From an uncultured Pseudomonadales bacterium (lineage in GTDB: Bacteria; Pseudomonadota; Gammaproteobacteria; Pseudomonadales; Azotimanducaceae), in assembly GCA_964393625.1 (NCBI GenBank), contig CAYMUT010000018.1, positions 33,564 to 97,563 on the forward strand: a stretch of 64,000 nucleotides of DNA, in the 5' to 3' direction. Shown in pieces: positions 20,285 to 34,400 of this stretch. A model generated the notes under the pieces. The model saw nothing but the letters and a program-made list of their open reading frames with translations. It made no database searches and was not told where the DNA came from. The translations under genes and the position numbers were made by a program. Each line of letters begins with the position of its first letter. The stretch's first letter is position 1.

Positions 20285-23200
20285 ATGCGACTGAAGCAAA
20301 TCAAGCTTGCTGGTTTCAAGTCTTTTGTCGATCCGACAACGGTTACCCTCCCCGGAAATCGCTGCGCAGTCGTTGGTCCTAACGGTTGCGGTAAATCCAA
20401 CGTCATTGATGCGGTCCGCTGGGTCATGGGCGAAAGCTCGGCCAAGCAGTTGCGCGGCGAAAACCTCACGGATGTCATCTTCAACGGTTCCAACACTCGC
20501 AAGCCCACGGCGGTCGCCGGCATCGAGCTCATTTTCGATAATTCCGATGGGCGCATTGGCGGCGAATATGCGGCATACGCTGATATTTCCATTCGCCGCC
20601 AGGTTACTCGCGATGCTCAGTCGAGCTATTTCCTGAATGGCAACAAGTGCCGTCGCCGGGATATTCAGGACATTTTCCTCGGCACCGGCTTTGGCCCGCG
20701 TAGCTACTCCATCATCGAGCAGGGCATGATTTCCCAGCTGGTGGAAGCCAAGCCTGAAGAACTGCGCGTTTACCTGGAAGAAGCAGCGGGTATCTCCAAG
20801 TACAAAGAGCGCCGCCGAGAAACCGAAAACAGGATCAGACACACCCGGGAAAACCTCGAACGTATCAGTGACATACGAGAGGAACTTGGCAGACAGCTTG
20901 ATCGTCTGGAACGGCAGGCTCAAGCGGCGGAGCGCTACCGGGAGCTGCGTGCGGAAGAGAATCTGGTTACTGCACAACTTTACGCACTGCGCTATGCAAG
21001 TCTGCATGCCGAACTCAGTGAGCGCGAGGAGCGCATCCGTAAGCTCGAAATAGAGCAGGAAAAAACCATAGCGTCACAGCGTCAGATGGAAGCCAGCATA
21101 GAGCAGAGCCGGCAGACCCATGCTCAGACCTCAGACCAGTTCAACGAAGTACAGGGCCGCTTCTATCAACTCGGCGCCGATATAGCGCGCATCGAAGAGG
21201 CTATTCAGTTCAATACCGAGCGGGTCAAACAGCTCGAACTCGATATGCAGAGCGTCAGTCAGCGCGCCGGTGAAACCGAGCGTCAGTTGCGCATGGATGA
21301 AAGCCAGATCGAAGAACTGCAGCAGCGCCTGGGTGAGCTCACGCCTCAGGTCGAAGAACTCGCCGTTGCCGATGAGAACGCGCAGCAGCAGTTGCACGAT
21401 GCCGAAAACAACGCCCGCCAGCTGCAGCAGCGCTGGGACGAATTCAATGTATCGGCGGCCCAGAACGATCGCGAAGCTGAAGTTCAGGCATCCCGTATTG
21501 AGCACCTCGAACAGCTGTTACAGCGTCTGCGCAGCCGCCAGGCAGAATTGCAGAGCCTCTCAGCCCAGCAGATCGACACCGGCGACAGTGCCCAGATGGA
21601 CCTGCTCGCCGAGCAGATCACCAGTCTGGAAGGTGAATCACGCTTGCTGGAAGTGCAGATTGACGAAACCCTCACGGAAATGGCCAGCGCCCGTGAGGAC
21701 GTGCTGCTGCGGGAAAGAGACCTGGAAGCAGCTCGCCAGGAGGTGCAGTCTTTGCGCCACGAGCTGGCCAGCCTCCAGGCGGTGCAACATGCCGCGTTAG
21801 GCCAGCACGTGAAACAGGCGGAAGACTGGATTCAAGATCATGAACTTGGCGCCAGTCCACGTCTGGGTGAGTCGCTGGCCGTAGTTGCCGGTTGGGAACG
21901 TGCTGTGGAAGCGGTGCTGGGGCATTTTCTCACTGCTCTGCAGGTTGATGATCTGAATGACTTTGCAGCTTCTCTGGCCGAATTGCCGGATGGCGAGCTG
22001 GCGCTGGTGGAGGCCGGCGATACCCCCGACGATATCGAAGCCGGCGATTTCGAACTGCCCAGCCTCGATTCCCTGGTCCGCACTGGCGGCGGGCGGCACA
22101 TTTCATTGCTGCGCGGTGTTTTTGCGGCGCAATCTGCTTCTGTGGCCCTGGCCAAGCGCGGCGAGCTGGCTGTGGGGCAGAGCATCATCACCCGGGAAGG
22201 CTTCTGGGTTGGCCCCGACTGGGTGCACGTGTTGCACGAGCACGATGAAGAGGCTGGTATTCTCGAGCGGGGCCAGATGCTTGAAACGTTGGGTGTACGT
22301 GTGGAGGAAGCCGAGCGCACCCTGGGTGAACTGCAACAACACGTAGTAGACGGCCGTGCCCGGGTAGAACGACTGGAAGTCCAGCGCGAAGAACTGCAGC
22401 AGCAGGTCAACGCGTTGAAGGAAAACCTGGGCCAGCGCCGTACAGATCATGGCGTCACGCGTGTGCGTGTAGAAGAAGCCGACGCGCGCCGCGAGCAGTT
22501 GAGCAAAGAGCTCAGCGAAATCGCCGGACAGATCGAGCAGGAAAACGCCCGTCTGGATGTTGCCCGCGAAGCGCTGCGCCAGGCGGAGCAGCAGCGCGAG
22601 GGGCAGAGTGAAGCGCGCCAGGAAATGTCCGCCGAACGAGAGCGCATGGAGGCGGACCTGGCTGAGGTGCGCGAGCTGGCGCGCGGTAGCCGCGACCGCT
22701 TTCACGCTCTGAACCTCGAAAAGGAAGGTCTGCAGTCGCGTCTGTCGGCCAGCCAGACCGCGCGCGACCGTTTGCTCGCGCAGCAGCATGAACTGGCAGA
22801 ACAGCAGGACAAACTGAGCGACGGTATCTCCAGCAGTACCACGCCCATGCCGGAACTCCAGCAGGAACTGGAAAGTAAACTGGCCGAGCGTGTAACCGTA
22901 GAAGGTCAGCTGGGCGAAATCCGCTCGGCCATGGAAAATGCCGAACAGAGCACGCGGGAACTCGACGGTGAGCGGGCAGGGTTTGAACAGCAGGTCGGCG
23001 AATTCCGCGAGAACCTGCAGGACGAGCGGGTTGAACGTCAAGGCCTGGCCGTACAGGAGAGCAACATCCTCGAACAGCTCGCCAGCACCGGCCACGAGCT
23101 CGATAAAGTACAGGCAGAAATGCCTGAGGGTGCAGATCAGTCGGCCTGGAGCGAGCAGCTCGACCGCATTGGCCGTCGTATTCAACGTCTTGGCGCGATC

Positions 23201-23800
23201 AACCTCGCCGCCATTGACGAGTACGAAGCAGAATCAGAACGAAAAGTATATCTCGATGCGCAGGCTGAAGACCTGGAGCAGGCCATGGAAACCCTGCTCG
23301 ATGCGATCCGCAAGATCGACAAAGAAACACGCAGGAGATTCAAAGACACTTTTGAAGCGGTGAACAGCAAACTGGGTGAGCTGTTCCCGAAAGTATTTGG
23401 CGGAGGACACGCCTATCTTGAACTGACCGGGGAGGACCTGCTCGATACCGGCGTCTCGCTCATGGCGAGGCCGCCCGGTAAGCGCAATGCCAACGTGCAT
23501 TTGCTATCCGGTGGTGAAAAGGCCATGACGGCCATTGCATTGATCTTTGCGATCTTTCATCTCAACCCCAGTCCGGTGTGCCTGCTGGATGAGGTTGATG
23601 CGCCACTTGATGATGCGAATGTGTCGCGCTTTGCGTCGCTCATCGCAGAAATGTCAACCGATGTGCAGTTCCTGGTGATAACACACAATAAAATCACCAT
23701 GGAGATGGCTGACTACCTGATGGGCGTCACAATGCAGGAGCCGGGCGTATCGCGCCTGGTCTCTGTAGATGTGGACGAGGCCGCGGCCATGGCGGTATAG
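20285..23800 (+). CDS. smc: chromosome segregation protein SMC
   Basis: 1171 aa. Walker [10 protein letters not shown], long coiled coils with a central hinge, LSGGEKA signature, Walker [11 protein letters not shown]. Confidence 0.95.
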   Translation: MRLKQIKLAGFKSFVDPTTVTLPGNRCAVVGPNGCGKSNVIDAVRWVMGESSAKQLRGENLTDVIFNGSNTRKPTAVAGIELIFDNSDGRIGGEYAAYADISIRRQVTRDAQSSYFLNGNKCRRRDIQDIFLGTGFGPRSYSIIEQGMISQLVEAKPEELRVYLEEAAGISKYKERRRETENRIRHTRENLERISDIREELGRQLDRLERQAQAAERYRELRAEENLVTAQLYALRYASLHAELSEREERIRKLEIEQEKTIASQRQMEASIEQSRQTHAQTSDQFNEVQGRFYQLGADIARIEEAIQFNTERVKQLELDMQSVSQRAGETERQLRMDESQIEELQQRLGELTPQVEELAVADENAQQQLHDAENNARQLQQRWDEFNVSAAQNDREAEVQASRIEHLEQLLQRLRSRQAELQSLSAQQIDTGDSAQMDLLAEQITSLEGESRLLEVQIDETLTEMASAREDVLLRERDLEAARQEVQSLRHELASLQAVQHAALGQHVKQAEDWIQDHELGASPRLGESLAVVAGWERAVEAVLGHFLTALQVDDLNDFAASLAELPDGELALVEAGDTPDDIEAGDFELPSLDSLVRTGGGRHISLLRGVFAAQSASVALAKRGELAVGQSIITREGFWVGPDWVHVLHEHDEEAGILERGQMLETLGVRVEEAERTLGELQQHVVDGRARVERLEVQREELQQQVNALKENLGQRRTDHGVTRVRVEEADARREQLSKELSEIAGQIEQENARLDVAREALRQAEQQREGQSEARQEMSAERERMEADLAEVRELARGSRDRFHALNLEKEGLQSRLSASQTARDRLLAQQHELAEQQDKLSDGISSSTTPMPELQQELESKLAERVTVEGQLGEIRSAMENAEQSTRELDGERAGFEQQVGEFRENLQDERVERQGLAVQESNILEQLASTGHELDKVQAEMPEGADQSAWSEQLDRIGRRIQRLGAINLAAIDEYEAESERKVYLDAQAEDLEQAMETLLDAIRKIDKETRRRFKDTFEAVNSKLGELFPKVFGGGHAYLELTGEDLLDTGVSLMARPPGKRNANVHLLSGGEKAMTAIALIFAIFHLNPSPVCLLDEVDAPLDDANVSRFASLIAEMSTDVQFLVITHNKITMEMADYLMGVTMQEPGVSRLVSVDVDEAAAMAV

Positions 23801-23835
23801 CCTGGCGCGGAAAAAGATGGTGGTAGTGGGTTGCC

Positions 23836-24927
23836 ATGAGCGCAACCAAGGAGCCTCGGTTGGACATTAAAGATTTTATACTGATAGGTGGCGGCATCCT
23901 CATTGCCATGGTCATTGGCCATGGATTCTGGATTGCCATAAGAGCAAAGCGCGAAACGTTGCGCATGGACATCGTGCCGGGTCTGATCCTCGATGACGCC
24001 ATTGACGACATCGAGCGGTTGCGTGGTGAATTACCTAATGGGCCGGCACGGGTGCGCCGGTATGGCGATGAGCCCCAACCTGAAAATCTGGAACTCAACT
24101 TGACGCCGCCGACGCTGACCGATCGGGTGGCCGAACCATCCGAAGCGACTGCCCGCCAGGGCCGGCCGAGCCGCCCCGTAAAGGTAGCAGAGGCTGATGA
24201 CCACGAAAGCGCCGGGCCGGATCCTGTGCTGGAGAGCGTGACGGCTGCAGCAGCGCAGCCTACTGCTGAACGGGCCGAGGTCCGTGAGGTGCAGATCCCC
24301 ACCGGATCTCAGGCTACGCCCCGGGAGCGCCCGCGCGGGGCGAAGAATCCGGCTTTAGAACGTAGTCTGGCGAGGCGTCGGACGCGTGCTGACCGGCCTG
24401 AGCGTCCATCCAATGTTGCCGCAGCGCATGCGGCGGAGGCGCCCGAACGCGAGGCCGAGAGTTCCGGCGGGCGGATGCTCGACTTGGGCGTCGAAGAACT
24501 TCTGGTGCTCAATTTGCTGGCGCCGCGAGGTACCCGCTTTGAGGGTGAAGGTATCGTCAACGCGTTGCGTGCTCAGGGGCTGCGTTATGGCGATATGAAT
24601 ATCTTTCACCGTGTCGACCCGGCAACCAAGGCCAAGGTTTTCAGTGTGGCCAATGCGATAGAGCCCGGCACCTTCGACCTGGCCGATCTCGATTCTCTGC
24701 GCTGTCCGGGTATGTCGTTCTTCCTGCAGTTGCCGGGTCCCGATGACGCCATCAGCGCATTCGAAGATATGCTGGAAGCTGCCCGGAAAGTCATGGTGGC
24801 CCTGGGCGGCGAGCTGCGCGACGAAAACATGAGCGTCCTGTCGGGGCAGACCGCGGGACATATGCGTCAACGCATTTCCGATTACTCGCGTCGCCGGTTG
24901 TCCAGGCGGGCCAATACCCTCGGGTAG
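23836..24927 (+). CDS. zipA: cell division protein ZipA
   Basis: N-terminal TM helix (ILIGGGILIAMVIGHGFWIAI), a P/E/A/R-rich linker, and a C-terminal FtsZ-binding-type domain. Conserved smc-zipA-ligA order. Confidence 0.85.
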   Translation: MSATKEPRLDIKDFILIGGGILIAMVIGHGFWIAIRAKRETLRMDIVPGLILDDAIDDIERLRGELPNGPARVRRYGDEPQPENLELNLTPPTLTDRVAEPSEATARQGRPSRPVKVAEADDHESAGPDPVLESVTAAAAQPTAERAEVREVQIPTGSQATPRERPRGAKNPALERSLARRRTRADRPERPSNVAAAHAAEAPEREAESSGGRMLDLGVEELLVLNLLAPRGTRFEGEGIVNALRAQGLRYGDMNIFHRVDPATKAKVFSVANAIEPGTFDLADLDSLRCPGMSFFLQLPGPDDAISAFEDMLEAARKVMVALGGELRDENMSVLSGQTAGHMRQRISDYSRRRLSRRANTLG

Positions 24928-24939
24928 CCGCTGGTCTGA

Positions 24940-27598
<2,659 letters not shown>

Positions 27599-27766
27599 TA
27601 GCGGTTCAGCACCAGGAACGGTTGGGAGACCCTGGCAGGACAGGTGCCCCCATGTTAGGTTGCTTCGGCCTGCCGCTAGCACAGGCCTGTATCGGTTACC
27701 ACAAGACCTGGCGCAGCGTGTGCACACCCAGTTCGAAATTCAGCACATACAGTGAGGCAAAGACCT

Positions 27767-29743
27767 ATGTCCAGTGAACAAACGGCCCAGGCGCCGATGA
27801 ACAAACCGGTGTTTTATGTTTCAGCCGCGCTGCTGGTAGCCATCGTTGCTGCGTCGGCGATAGCGCCTGACCTCGCCAATGATCTGTTCGGTGACATGCA
27901 GGCGCGCATCGTCGCCAACGGCAGCTGGTATTACGTGCTGGTGGTGGCCATTGTACTGGTCAGCTCCTTTGCCATCGCGCTGACGCGCTACGGTGATATC
28001 AAGCTCGGCCAGGATCACACCGAGCCTGAATACTCGCTGATTTCCTGGTTCGCCATGTTATTTGCAGCGGGTATGGGCATCGGTCTGATGTTCTTTGGCG
28101 TTGCCGAGCCGGTCATGCACTTTCTCGATCCGCCGATCGGCGAGGGCGGTACCCTGCCTGCCGCTAAAGAAGCGATGAAACTGACGTTTTTCCACTGGGG
28201 GCTGCATGCCTGGGCGACCTACGCCATCGTCGCGGTGATTCTGGCCTATTTCGGCTTCCGCCATGAGCTGCCGCTGACGCTTCGTTCGGCGCTGTATCCG
28301 CTTATTGGTGAGCGGATATACGGTCCCATAGGCACTGCCGTGGACGTGTTTGCGATTGTCAGCACCACTTTTGGCGTTGCCACATCACTGGGCTTCGGCG
28401 TCGAGCAGATTAACTCAGGGTTGAATGAGTTGTTCGGCATCCCGAAGAGCACGTCAGTGCAGGTGGTACTGATCATCGTGGCCACGGCGCTTGCGACGGT
28501 TTCGGTGGTACTTGGCCTCGATGCGGGCATCAAGCGGCTTTCGGAAATCAACATAGTACTGGCGATTGCATTGTTGATCGGCGTGCTGGCATTGGGCCCC
28601 ACGGTCTACCTGTTGCAGATGTTCATGCAGAACACTGGCGATTACCTGGCAGATATCGTTGGTAAGACCTTCAACCTGTACGCCTATCAACCCACGGACT
28701 GGCTGGGCGGCTGGACGATTTTCTACTGGGGCTGGTGGATCAGCTGGGCACCATTTGTCGGCTTGTTCATCGCACGCATATCCAAGGGGCGCACCCTGCG
28801 AGAGTTCGTGTTCGGTGCACTGGTGGGGCCCACCCTGTTTACATTGTTGTGGATGACGGTATTCGGCAACTCGGCCATTGACCTCATAATGGGGCAGGGT
28901 GTGGATGGCCTGGCGACAGCGGTACAGCAAGATTCGTCTGTTGCGCTGTTCAAGTTCTTCGAACACTTTCCCTTCTCCCAGGTATTGTCACTGATGGCAA
29001 TGGTCATGGTGATCGTCTTCTTCATTACTTCTGCTGATTCCGGCGCCATGGTATTGAATATGTTGTCCTCCAATGGCCGGGACGATACGCCGGTACTGCG
29101 CCGGATATTCTGGATGGCCATGATCGGGCTGTCGGCCATGGTGTTGTTACTTGCAGGCGGACTGTCGGCACTGCAGACCGCTGCGATTGCCAGCGCGCTG
29201 CCGTTCTCACTGGCGATTCTTGCGTCGATCTGGGGGTTTACCCGGGCGTTGAGCATAGATCATGCGAAACGCCAGACATTGATGATGGCCAGCGTGGGGC
29301 CCAGCGGCGGGCCGCGTTCTTCCGACTGGAAAGAGCGGCTGAGCAATCTGCTCAACTACCCCGAGTCGCCGGAAGTGGCGACCTTTATCCGGCGCGTGGT
29401 GATGCCTGCCATGCGTGAGTTTGCCGAGGAGGTGCGCGGCCATGGTCTGAATGTCCGCGTCGAAGCAGATGACGCTGCAGGCAGCGTTGCAGTGCAGGTG
29501 CTGCACGGCGACGAAATCGACTTCCAGTACGTTGTGTTGAGTAGAGAGCATTCGCTTCCTAATGAAGCGCTCGTTGGCGAAGTGGTGGATGATCCGGATG
29601 TACGCGGCTACCACCGCGCCGAGGTACATCTGAACGAAGGCAGCCAGGATTATGACATCATGGGTTGGACGCGGGATCAGGTATTGCATGACCTGGTCGA
29701 GCACTACGAAAAGCATCTGCATTTTCTTCACGTCTTGCGCTGA
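27767..29743 (+). CDS. BCCT family (betaine/carnitine/choline) transporter
   Basis: WFAMLFAAGMGIGLMFFGVAEP, FHWGLHAWA, GWTIFYWGWWISWAPFVGLFIARISKGRTLREF. GAGG lies 9 nt before ATG 27767. Long cytoplasmic C-terminal tail. Confidence 0.9.
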   Translation: MSSEQTAQAPMNKPVFYVSAALLVAIVAASAIAPDLANDLFGDMQARIVANGSWYYVLVVAIVLVSSFAIALTRYGDIKLGQDHTEPEYSLISWFAMLFAAGMGIGLMFFGVAEPVMHFLDPPIGEGGTLPAAKEAMKLTFFHWGLHAWATYAIVAVILAYFGFRHELPLTLRSALYPLIGERIYGPIGTAVDVFAIVSTTFGVATSLGFGVEQINSGLNELFGIPKSTSVQVVLIIVATALATVSVVLGLDAGIKRLSEINIVLAIALLIGVLALGPTVYLLQMFMQNTGDYLADIVGKTFNLYAYQPTDWLGGWTIFYWGWWISWAPFVGLFIARISKGRTLREFVFGALVGPTLFTLLWMTVFGNSAIDLIMGQGVDGLATAVQQDSSVALFKFFEHFPFSQVLSLMAMVMVIVFFITSADSGAMVLNMLSSNGRDDTPVLRRIFWMAMIGLSAMVLLLAGGLSALQTAAIASALPFSLAILASIWGFTRALSIDHAKRQTLMMASVGPSGGPRSSDWKERLSNLLNYPESPEVATFIRRVVMPAMREFAEEVRGHGLNVRVEADDAAGSVAVQVLHGDEIDFQYVVLSREHSLPNEALVGEVVDDPDVRGYHRAEVHLNEGSQDYDIMGWTRDQVLHDLVEHYEKHLHFLHVLR

Positions 29744-29763
29744 ATTCGTTGTCCGACTGAGGG

Positions 29764-29824
29764 TTGACAAGGCGTGCTTAGATTGTTGTAGTGAGGCCAC
29801 TTCAATGTGGTGCGGTATTGAAGT
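29764..29824 (+). promoter_or_regulatory. candidate sigma70-like promoter plus an 8-bp perfect inverted repeat in the TBDR leader
   Basis: TTGACA 29764-29769, a 17-nt spacer, then TGTAGT 29787-29792. ACTTCAAT (29799-29806) pairs with ATTGAAGT (29817-29824), 10 nt apart, about 30 nt before the TTG start at 29855. Confidence 0.3.
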
Positions 29825-29854
29825 CTTGATTATCACAATAATGGGGAGAAGCTC

Positions 29855-32800
29855 TTGAAAAGGCTCATGTTATTCACCCTGGGTGTATTTGTTACCCTGG
29901 GGGCTACACAACAACTATTTGCGGCAGATGAAGATGCCGCCATCGAAGAAATCGTCGTTACCGGTTCTTACATCAAAAGAAACGCAGCCGACTCACCTTC
30001 ACCACTGTCCGTCGTAACCTCTGCTGACATCGAAGATATCGGTGCCGCGGACGTCGCGGAAGTTATCGCGTCCATGCCTTGGAACTCAGGCGGGCAGACC
30101 CGCGCGGCGACCTTCCAGGGCGAGGGTGCAGACGGTCGTAACACTGTCAACCTGCGAAACCTCGGTAACGCATCCACACTGCCCCTGGTGAATGGCAAGC
30201 GCCACGTACCTTCCTGGTACAACGGTCGCGGTAACCAGTCCACCAACATCAACGCACTGGTGCCAACCATTGCGATTGAGCGCTTGGAAGTCGTAAAAGA
30301 CGGCGCCTCGGCGTTGTACGGTTCTGACGCGGTAGCAGGTGTTGTCAACTTCATCACCAAGAGCGACTTCGAAGGCTTCGACGTTTCCTATCAGTTCACT
30401 ACCGATGACAACACCGGTGAGGGCGATACGGGTACCTTGAGCGCCATCTGGGGCACCCAGGGTGACCGCGGCAGCATCGTGGTGTCGGCTTCGGTCATGG
30501 ATCGAAACGAAATCAACGTATCCGATGACTATGGACGCTTCGGCGGCAGCACCCTGTCCTCTACCGGCCAACCAGGTCGCCTCCTGCCGATTGCCGGCCA
30601 GACGATCACCTGGGGGCCCAACGGCTTGTTCCCCGGTCAGCAGGTTGGCGCTAATGGCGAAACCTCGCTGAACAACCTGCCTCGTAACGCAGCAGGCACT
30701 GATTTCGGCCAGGCTGACGTTAATTGTGAAGATGCGGCGGCTTTCGGGCGCGGTTTTGGCGGTGCCCTGGTTAACGCCTTCAATCGCTGCGTCTATGACT
30801 ATGGCTCCTTCTTCTCCATTCAGGCCGCGGAAAAGCTGCAGAACTTCTTTGTAGAAGGCCATTACGACATTTCGGATACGTTGACGGCTAATTTCGAGTT
30901 TGCGTCTAACTCTTCTGAATTCAGGCGCTTGAACTCTTTGAACCCCAACGCCCCGGCGTTAACCATTCCAACGGGTACCACTTACTTCGACAGCGACGGC
31001 AATCCGGCGTTTGCGCCGAACCCCAGCAGCGTCGAAGACGCGTTCCGACGCGGCATTGAACCCATCGATTACGCCAACCTGACGCGTCTGCAGGGTTACT
31101 CTTCGCGGGAGAATGGTTCCTTTATGCGTCCGATCAAAACCTTCACGGATACCAACCGAAGCGACCAGCGCATGGTAGTTGGTTTTGAATGGGACGTTGA
31201 AATCGCCGGCAACCCCTGGGTGATCGACGCGAGCTACACGGCCAGTGACCACACCACCCAGAGCGCGCAGGTGCAGGATACTCTGTCTACCCATATGGAA
31301 CTGGCTTTGAACGGCTACGGTGGTCCTAACTGCGACCCGATCAACGGTGTACCCGGTGATGGCAACACCAGCTACGCGGCATCCGGTGGTGACTTCGGCG
31401 CCGGTGCCTGCTATTTCTTCAACCCGTTCGGCAGCTCGGTGTGGAGTCGCGCCGGTACGCCGGATCAATCCGACCTCACTCTGCGCAACCCGCGTGAACT
31501 GTATGAATGGCTGATCGGGCGGGCAAGCAGTGACTCGGACTACAGCCAGCGTGTGATCGATATTATCGCCACGGGTGACTTGTTTGACACGCCCTCTGGC
31601 CCAGTTGGCCTGGCGGTGGGTTTTCAGCGTCGCTCGGACAGAGGAAAGGTCGTTCTGGACTCGTCATTAACGACGGATAACCTCGACTTCGTATTCGGTG
31701 CCGATGACTGGCAGGGCGAATTGACCACCACTGCGTTTTTCGTAGAAGCGGCCATACCGATCGGCGATATGCTCGAAGTGAACCTGGCCGGTCGCTATGA
31801 AGACTTTGATGAAATTGGTGAAGACACCGTAGATCCAAAGATCACGGTGCTGTTCAGACCAACCGATTCGTTGACGCTGCGTGCATCCGCGGGTAGTTCG
31901 TACCGTGTGCCGTCGCTGCTGCAGTCCTTCGGTGCGCTGACCACGGTATCCAACCAGGCTGACCTGATTGGCGGCACCACATACAAGCCGTCCATAACCG
32001 AGGGTAATCCGGAACTGACCCCGGAATCTGCTGACAACGTCAACTTCGGTTTCTCCTGGATACCTCAGGAAGGCATGCTGGAAGGCTTGTCGGTTGATGT
32101 CGACTACTTCATGTATGAGTACGAAGACATCATTACCCGCGAAAACAGTTCCGCGCTGGTGGCTGCGGATAATGCGGCGATTGCGGCCTACGCGACAGCC
32201 AACGGCATTTCGAATGAGGAAGCCGCCGTTGACCCGAACTCCGGTCGTAACTTCGACCAGATCATCCGCAACGGTTCAGGCATTCTGCTGAGAATTCTGC
32301 CCGAGTTCGCCAACGCGGATTCCGCCGAAGTTGAAGGTATAGATATGAACGTCGCTTATCGCTTTGATAACGGCTGGGGTAACTGGCGCGTTGGCGTTCA
32401 GGCGGCCTGGATGAAGACCTATGATGTAGAAGTAGGCAATACCACGTTTGACGCGGTAGGCAGCTACAACTTTACAACACCGGTCGCTCGACCTCTGCCT
32501 GAGTGGAAAATCAATGGCACACTGTCTTGGAGTAAGGATAACCATCGTGTATTCATGCTGGCGCGCTGGATCGACGAAGTTGAGGAAGACATTCCTGCCG
32601 GTACGGCTGGTTTCTTCAGAGCAGTTACCAATCTGGCGGGTAACGCCTCCACTGCTGCCGATATGGCGGATGGTGAGATTGAGGACATGCTGACCGTAGA
32701 CCTGCAGTACAACTACAGCTTCGGCGAAGTCTCGTTCTTGAGTGATATGAATATCACCATTGGTATTCAGAATATCCTTGATGAAGAGCCGCCGGTGGTC

Positions 32801-32881
32801 TCGTACATTACGGGTTATGACCCGAGGCTGCATGACGGGCGTGGACGACTGTTCTTTGGTCGTATCGGCGCCAGTCTTTAG
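29855..32881 (+). CDS. TonB-dependent receptor (large, 1008 aa)
   Basis: Signal peptide, plug (EEIVVTGSYIKRN, LRNLG, IERLEVVKDGASALYGSDAVAGVVNFITK) and a long barrel. Confidence 0.9.
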   Translation: MKRLMLFTLGVFVTLGATQQLFAADEDAAIEEIVVTGSYIKRNAADSPSPLSVVTSADIEDIGAADVAEVIASMPWNSGGQTRAATFQGEGADGRNTVNLRNLGNASTLPLVNGKRHVPSWYNGRGNQSTNINALVPTIAIERLEVVKDGASALYGSDAVAGVVNFITKSDFEGFDVSYQFTTDDNTGEGDTGTLSAIWGTQGDRGSIVVSASVMDRNEINVSDDYGRFGGSTLSSTGQPGRLLPIAGQTITWGPNGLFPGQQVGANGETSLNNLPRNAAGTDFGQADVNCEDAAAFGRGFGGALVNAFNRCVYDYGSFFSIQAAEKLQNFFVEGHYDISDTLTANFEFASNSSEFRRLNSLNPNAPALTIPTGTTYFDSDGNPAFAPNPSSVEDAFRRGIEPIDYANLTRLQGYSSRENGSFMRPIKTFTDTNRSDQRMVVGFEWDVEIAGNPWVIDASYTASDHTTQSAQVQDTLSTHMELALNGYGGPNCDPINGVPGDGNTSYAASGGDFGAGACYFFNPFGSSVWSRAGTPDQSDLTLRNPRELYEWLIGRASSDSDYSQRVIDIIATGDLFDTPSGPVGLAVGFQRRSDRGKVVLDSSLTTDNLDFVFGADDWQGELTTTAFFVEAAIPIGDMLEVNLAGRYEDFDEIGEDTVDPKITVLFRPTDSLTLRASAGSSYRVPSLLQSFGALTTVSNQADLIGGTTYKPSITEGNPELTPESADNVNFGFSWIPQEGMLEGLSVDVDYFMYEYEDIITRENSSALVAADNAAIAAYATANGISNEEAAVDPNSGRNFDQIIRNGSGILLRILPEFANADSAEVEGIDMNVAYRFDNGWGNWRVGVQAAWMKTYDVEVGNTTFDAVGSYNFTTPVARPLPEWKINGTLSWSKDNHRVFMLARWIDEVEEDIPAGTAGFFRAVTNLAGNASTAADMADGEIEDMLTVDLQYNYSFGEVSFLSDMNITIGIQNILDEEPPVVSYITGYDPRLHDGRGRLFFGRIGASL

Positions 32882-32904
32882 GCCCACCGCTTAACAGGCG
32901 AAAT

Positions 32905-32934
32905 AAAAGCCCCCCGATTGGGGGGCTTTTTTTT
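32905..32934. terminator. bidirectional rho-independent terminator
   Basis: AAAAGCCCCCC-GATT-GGGGGGCTTTTTTTT: an 8-bp GC-rich stem flanked by an A-run and a T-run, between the convergent TBDR (ends 32881) and nitroreductase (ends 32941). Confidence 0.9.
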
Positions 32935-32940
32935 GCCTGC

Positions 32941-33591
32941 TTACTGAGTGGATTGACCGAATCGGTCCTGATAGATCATCTGGGCGGGTTCGCGACGCGA
33001 GATGGGACCGTGTCCTCCCAGCACCGGGTAGCCCAAGGGCACATGTGCTGCTGTGTGCCAGTCTGCCGGTATATCCAGCAGCTTTTTGACGGCGGGTTCT
33101 TCCATGCACAGCAGGGTCGTCAGCACGCAGCCTAATCCTTCATTCCGAGCTGCGAGCAACAGATTCTGAGCAGCGGGGTAAATCGATCCGCCTCCCACCA
33201 CGCTGGGCCGCTCTAACGCGGCATCGGTAATGGTGATGTGGTCTGCATTGAACAAAAACACGCAGATGACTGGCGCTTCGTGCATGTGGGTAGCGAGATA
33301 GGTCCCAGCGGCCAGCGCCTTGCGGGAGCTCTCTGCCTGCGCCGGCGACATGTGCTTCATGTGCTCTTCGTACCCTGGGATGTAGCCTTCCCAGTGGGGG
33401 CGATACAGATCTTCCAGGCCCTGTTTCAGTTCCGGGTCTTTGACCGCGATGATACGCCAGGACTGATGATTGCCGCCGGTCGGCGCCCATGTCGCGGCAC
33501 GCAGCACCCGCTCGAGTACATCATCTGGTATGGGGTCCGGCTTCAGCCGGCGCACCGCTCGCAGGGTGGACATCGCTTCGTAAATTTCCAT
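32941..33591 (-). CDS. nitroreductase family protein (paralog A)
   Basis: LRAVRRLKPDPIPDDVLERVLRAATWAPTGGNHQSWRII. Roughly half of positions are identical by eye to the ORF at 39479-40150. Confidence 0.8.
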   Translation of the reverse strand: MEIYEAMSTLRAVRRLKPDPIPDDVLERVLRAATWAPTGGNHQSWRIIAVKDPELKQGLEDLYRPHWEGYIPGYEEHMKHMSPAQAESSRKALAAGTYLATHMHEAPVICVFLFNADHITITDAALERPSVVGGGSIYPAAQNLLLAARNEGLGCVLTTLLCMEEPAVKKLLDIPADWHTAAHVPLGYPVLGGHGPISRREPAQMIYQDRFGQSTQ

Positions 33592-33611
33592 AGTAATCCC
33601 CGGTCTGTGAA

Positions 33612-34400
33612 TCAGTTGGTGTAACTTACACCCATGCCCGCGCGTACGTCGTTGTTTACGCCGTACTGAGGAATCGGGTAGCGCAGGCCGTTACGCGATA
33701 GCGCGGCAAGGCCCTGGATCACTTTCGGCAGAAAGTGCGGCGGTATCGCCATGAGCAGTTCGTCTTCCATGACGCCGCCATAGCGGCGCTCCGCAAAACA
33801 TGGAATCGACAGGCTGGGTTCACCGGTAGCCAGGGCGCGGCCCCAGGAGTCCGCGCAGGCAGACTCACCGACACAACCCCATTCTAGTTTTTTGAAGCCG
33901 CTCCACTGCAGGCCGTTGATGAACAGGATCATTTGCGCCGGCGTGGCATATATCAGGCAGATGTCCGGCGGATTCAAACGACCGCTGGCGAGCGGGCTGA
34001 CGGCCATCGCTTCGTACTGGCCTTGTGGTGCGACGTCCATGGAATGCTGGTGAGCGGCGGCATCTTCGGGTGTTTCGTACCAGACACCGACCATGCGGTC
34101 TCCGGAGAGCCATTCTTCGTTGCGCGGGTGCAGGCCGATGACGGTGCTGCACTGCGCGCCTACCAGGTCGTCTACGGTTACTCCCACCGTCCAGCCGTTG
34201 CGTGACGCCTGGCCGACGATCTGGTCGGTGGTGTGCACGTCACTCGGGCGGCGGATGCGCGGTACGGCTTCCATTTCTTCCCTGGTGGCAAACAGCTTCA
34301 TGCCGATAGGTGTCGTCCGCAGGCGCAGATACTGATTGAGCCCCGCAACGATTTCTTGGCCATCGAAGCTGGACAGGTCGGTGGTAATGATCTCAGACAT
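33612..34400 (-). CDS. DUF169 domain protein (uncharacterized)
   Basis: 262 aa. Its size and N-terminal LRLRTTPIGMKLFATREEMEAVP pattern resemble DUF169/COG2043 as I remember it. Not verified. Confidence 0.45.
   Translation of the reverse strand: MSEIITTDLSSFDGQEIVAGLNQYLRLRTTPIGMKLFATREEMEAVPRIRRPSDVHTTDQIVGQASRNGWTVGVTVDDLVGAQCSTVIGLHPRNEEWLSGDRMVGVWYETPEDAAAHQHSMDVAPQGQYEAMAVSPLASGRLNPPDICLIYATPAQMILFINGLQWSGFKKLEWGCVGESACADSWGRALATGEPSLSIPCFAERRYGGVMEDELLMAIPPHFLPKVIQGLAALSRNGLRYPIPQYGVNNDVRAGMGVSYTN

Noticed and set aside
19886-21007. A 373-aa minus-strand ORF spanning the GntR 3' end, the intergenic region and the smc 5' end.
   Set aside because: It overlaps two well-supported plus-strand genes and a terminator-like element. 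It has no recognisable domain.
22103-23185. A 360-aa minus-strand ORF, plus several 100-190-aa ORFs across 21.1-22.4 kb.
   Set aside because: They are antisense to the smc coiled-coil region. Repetitive Glu/Leu/Gln/Arg codons create long open antisense frames. There are no motifs.
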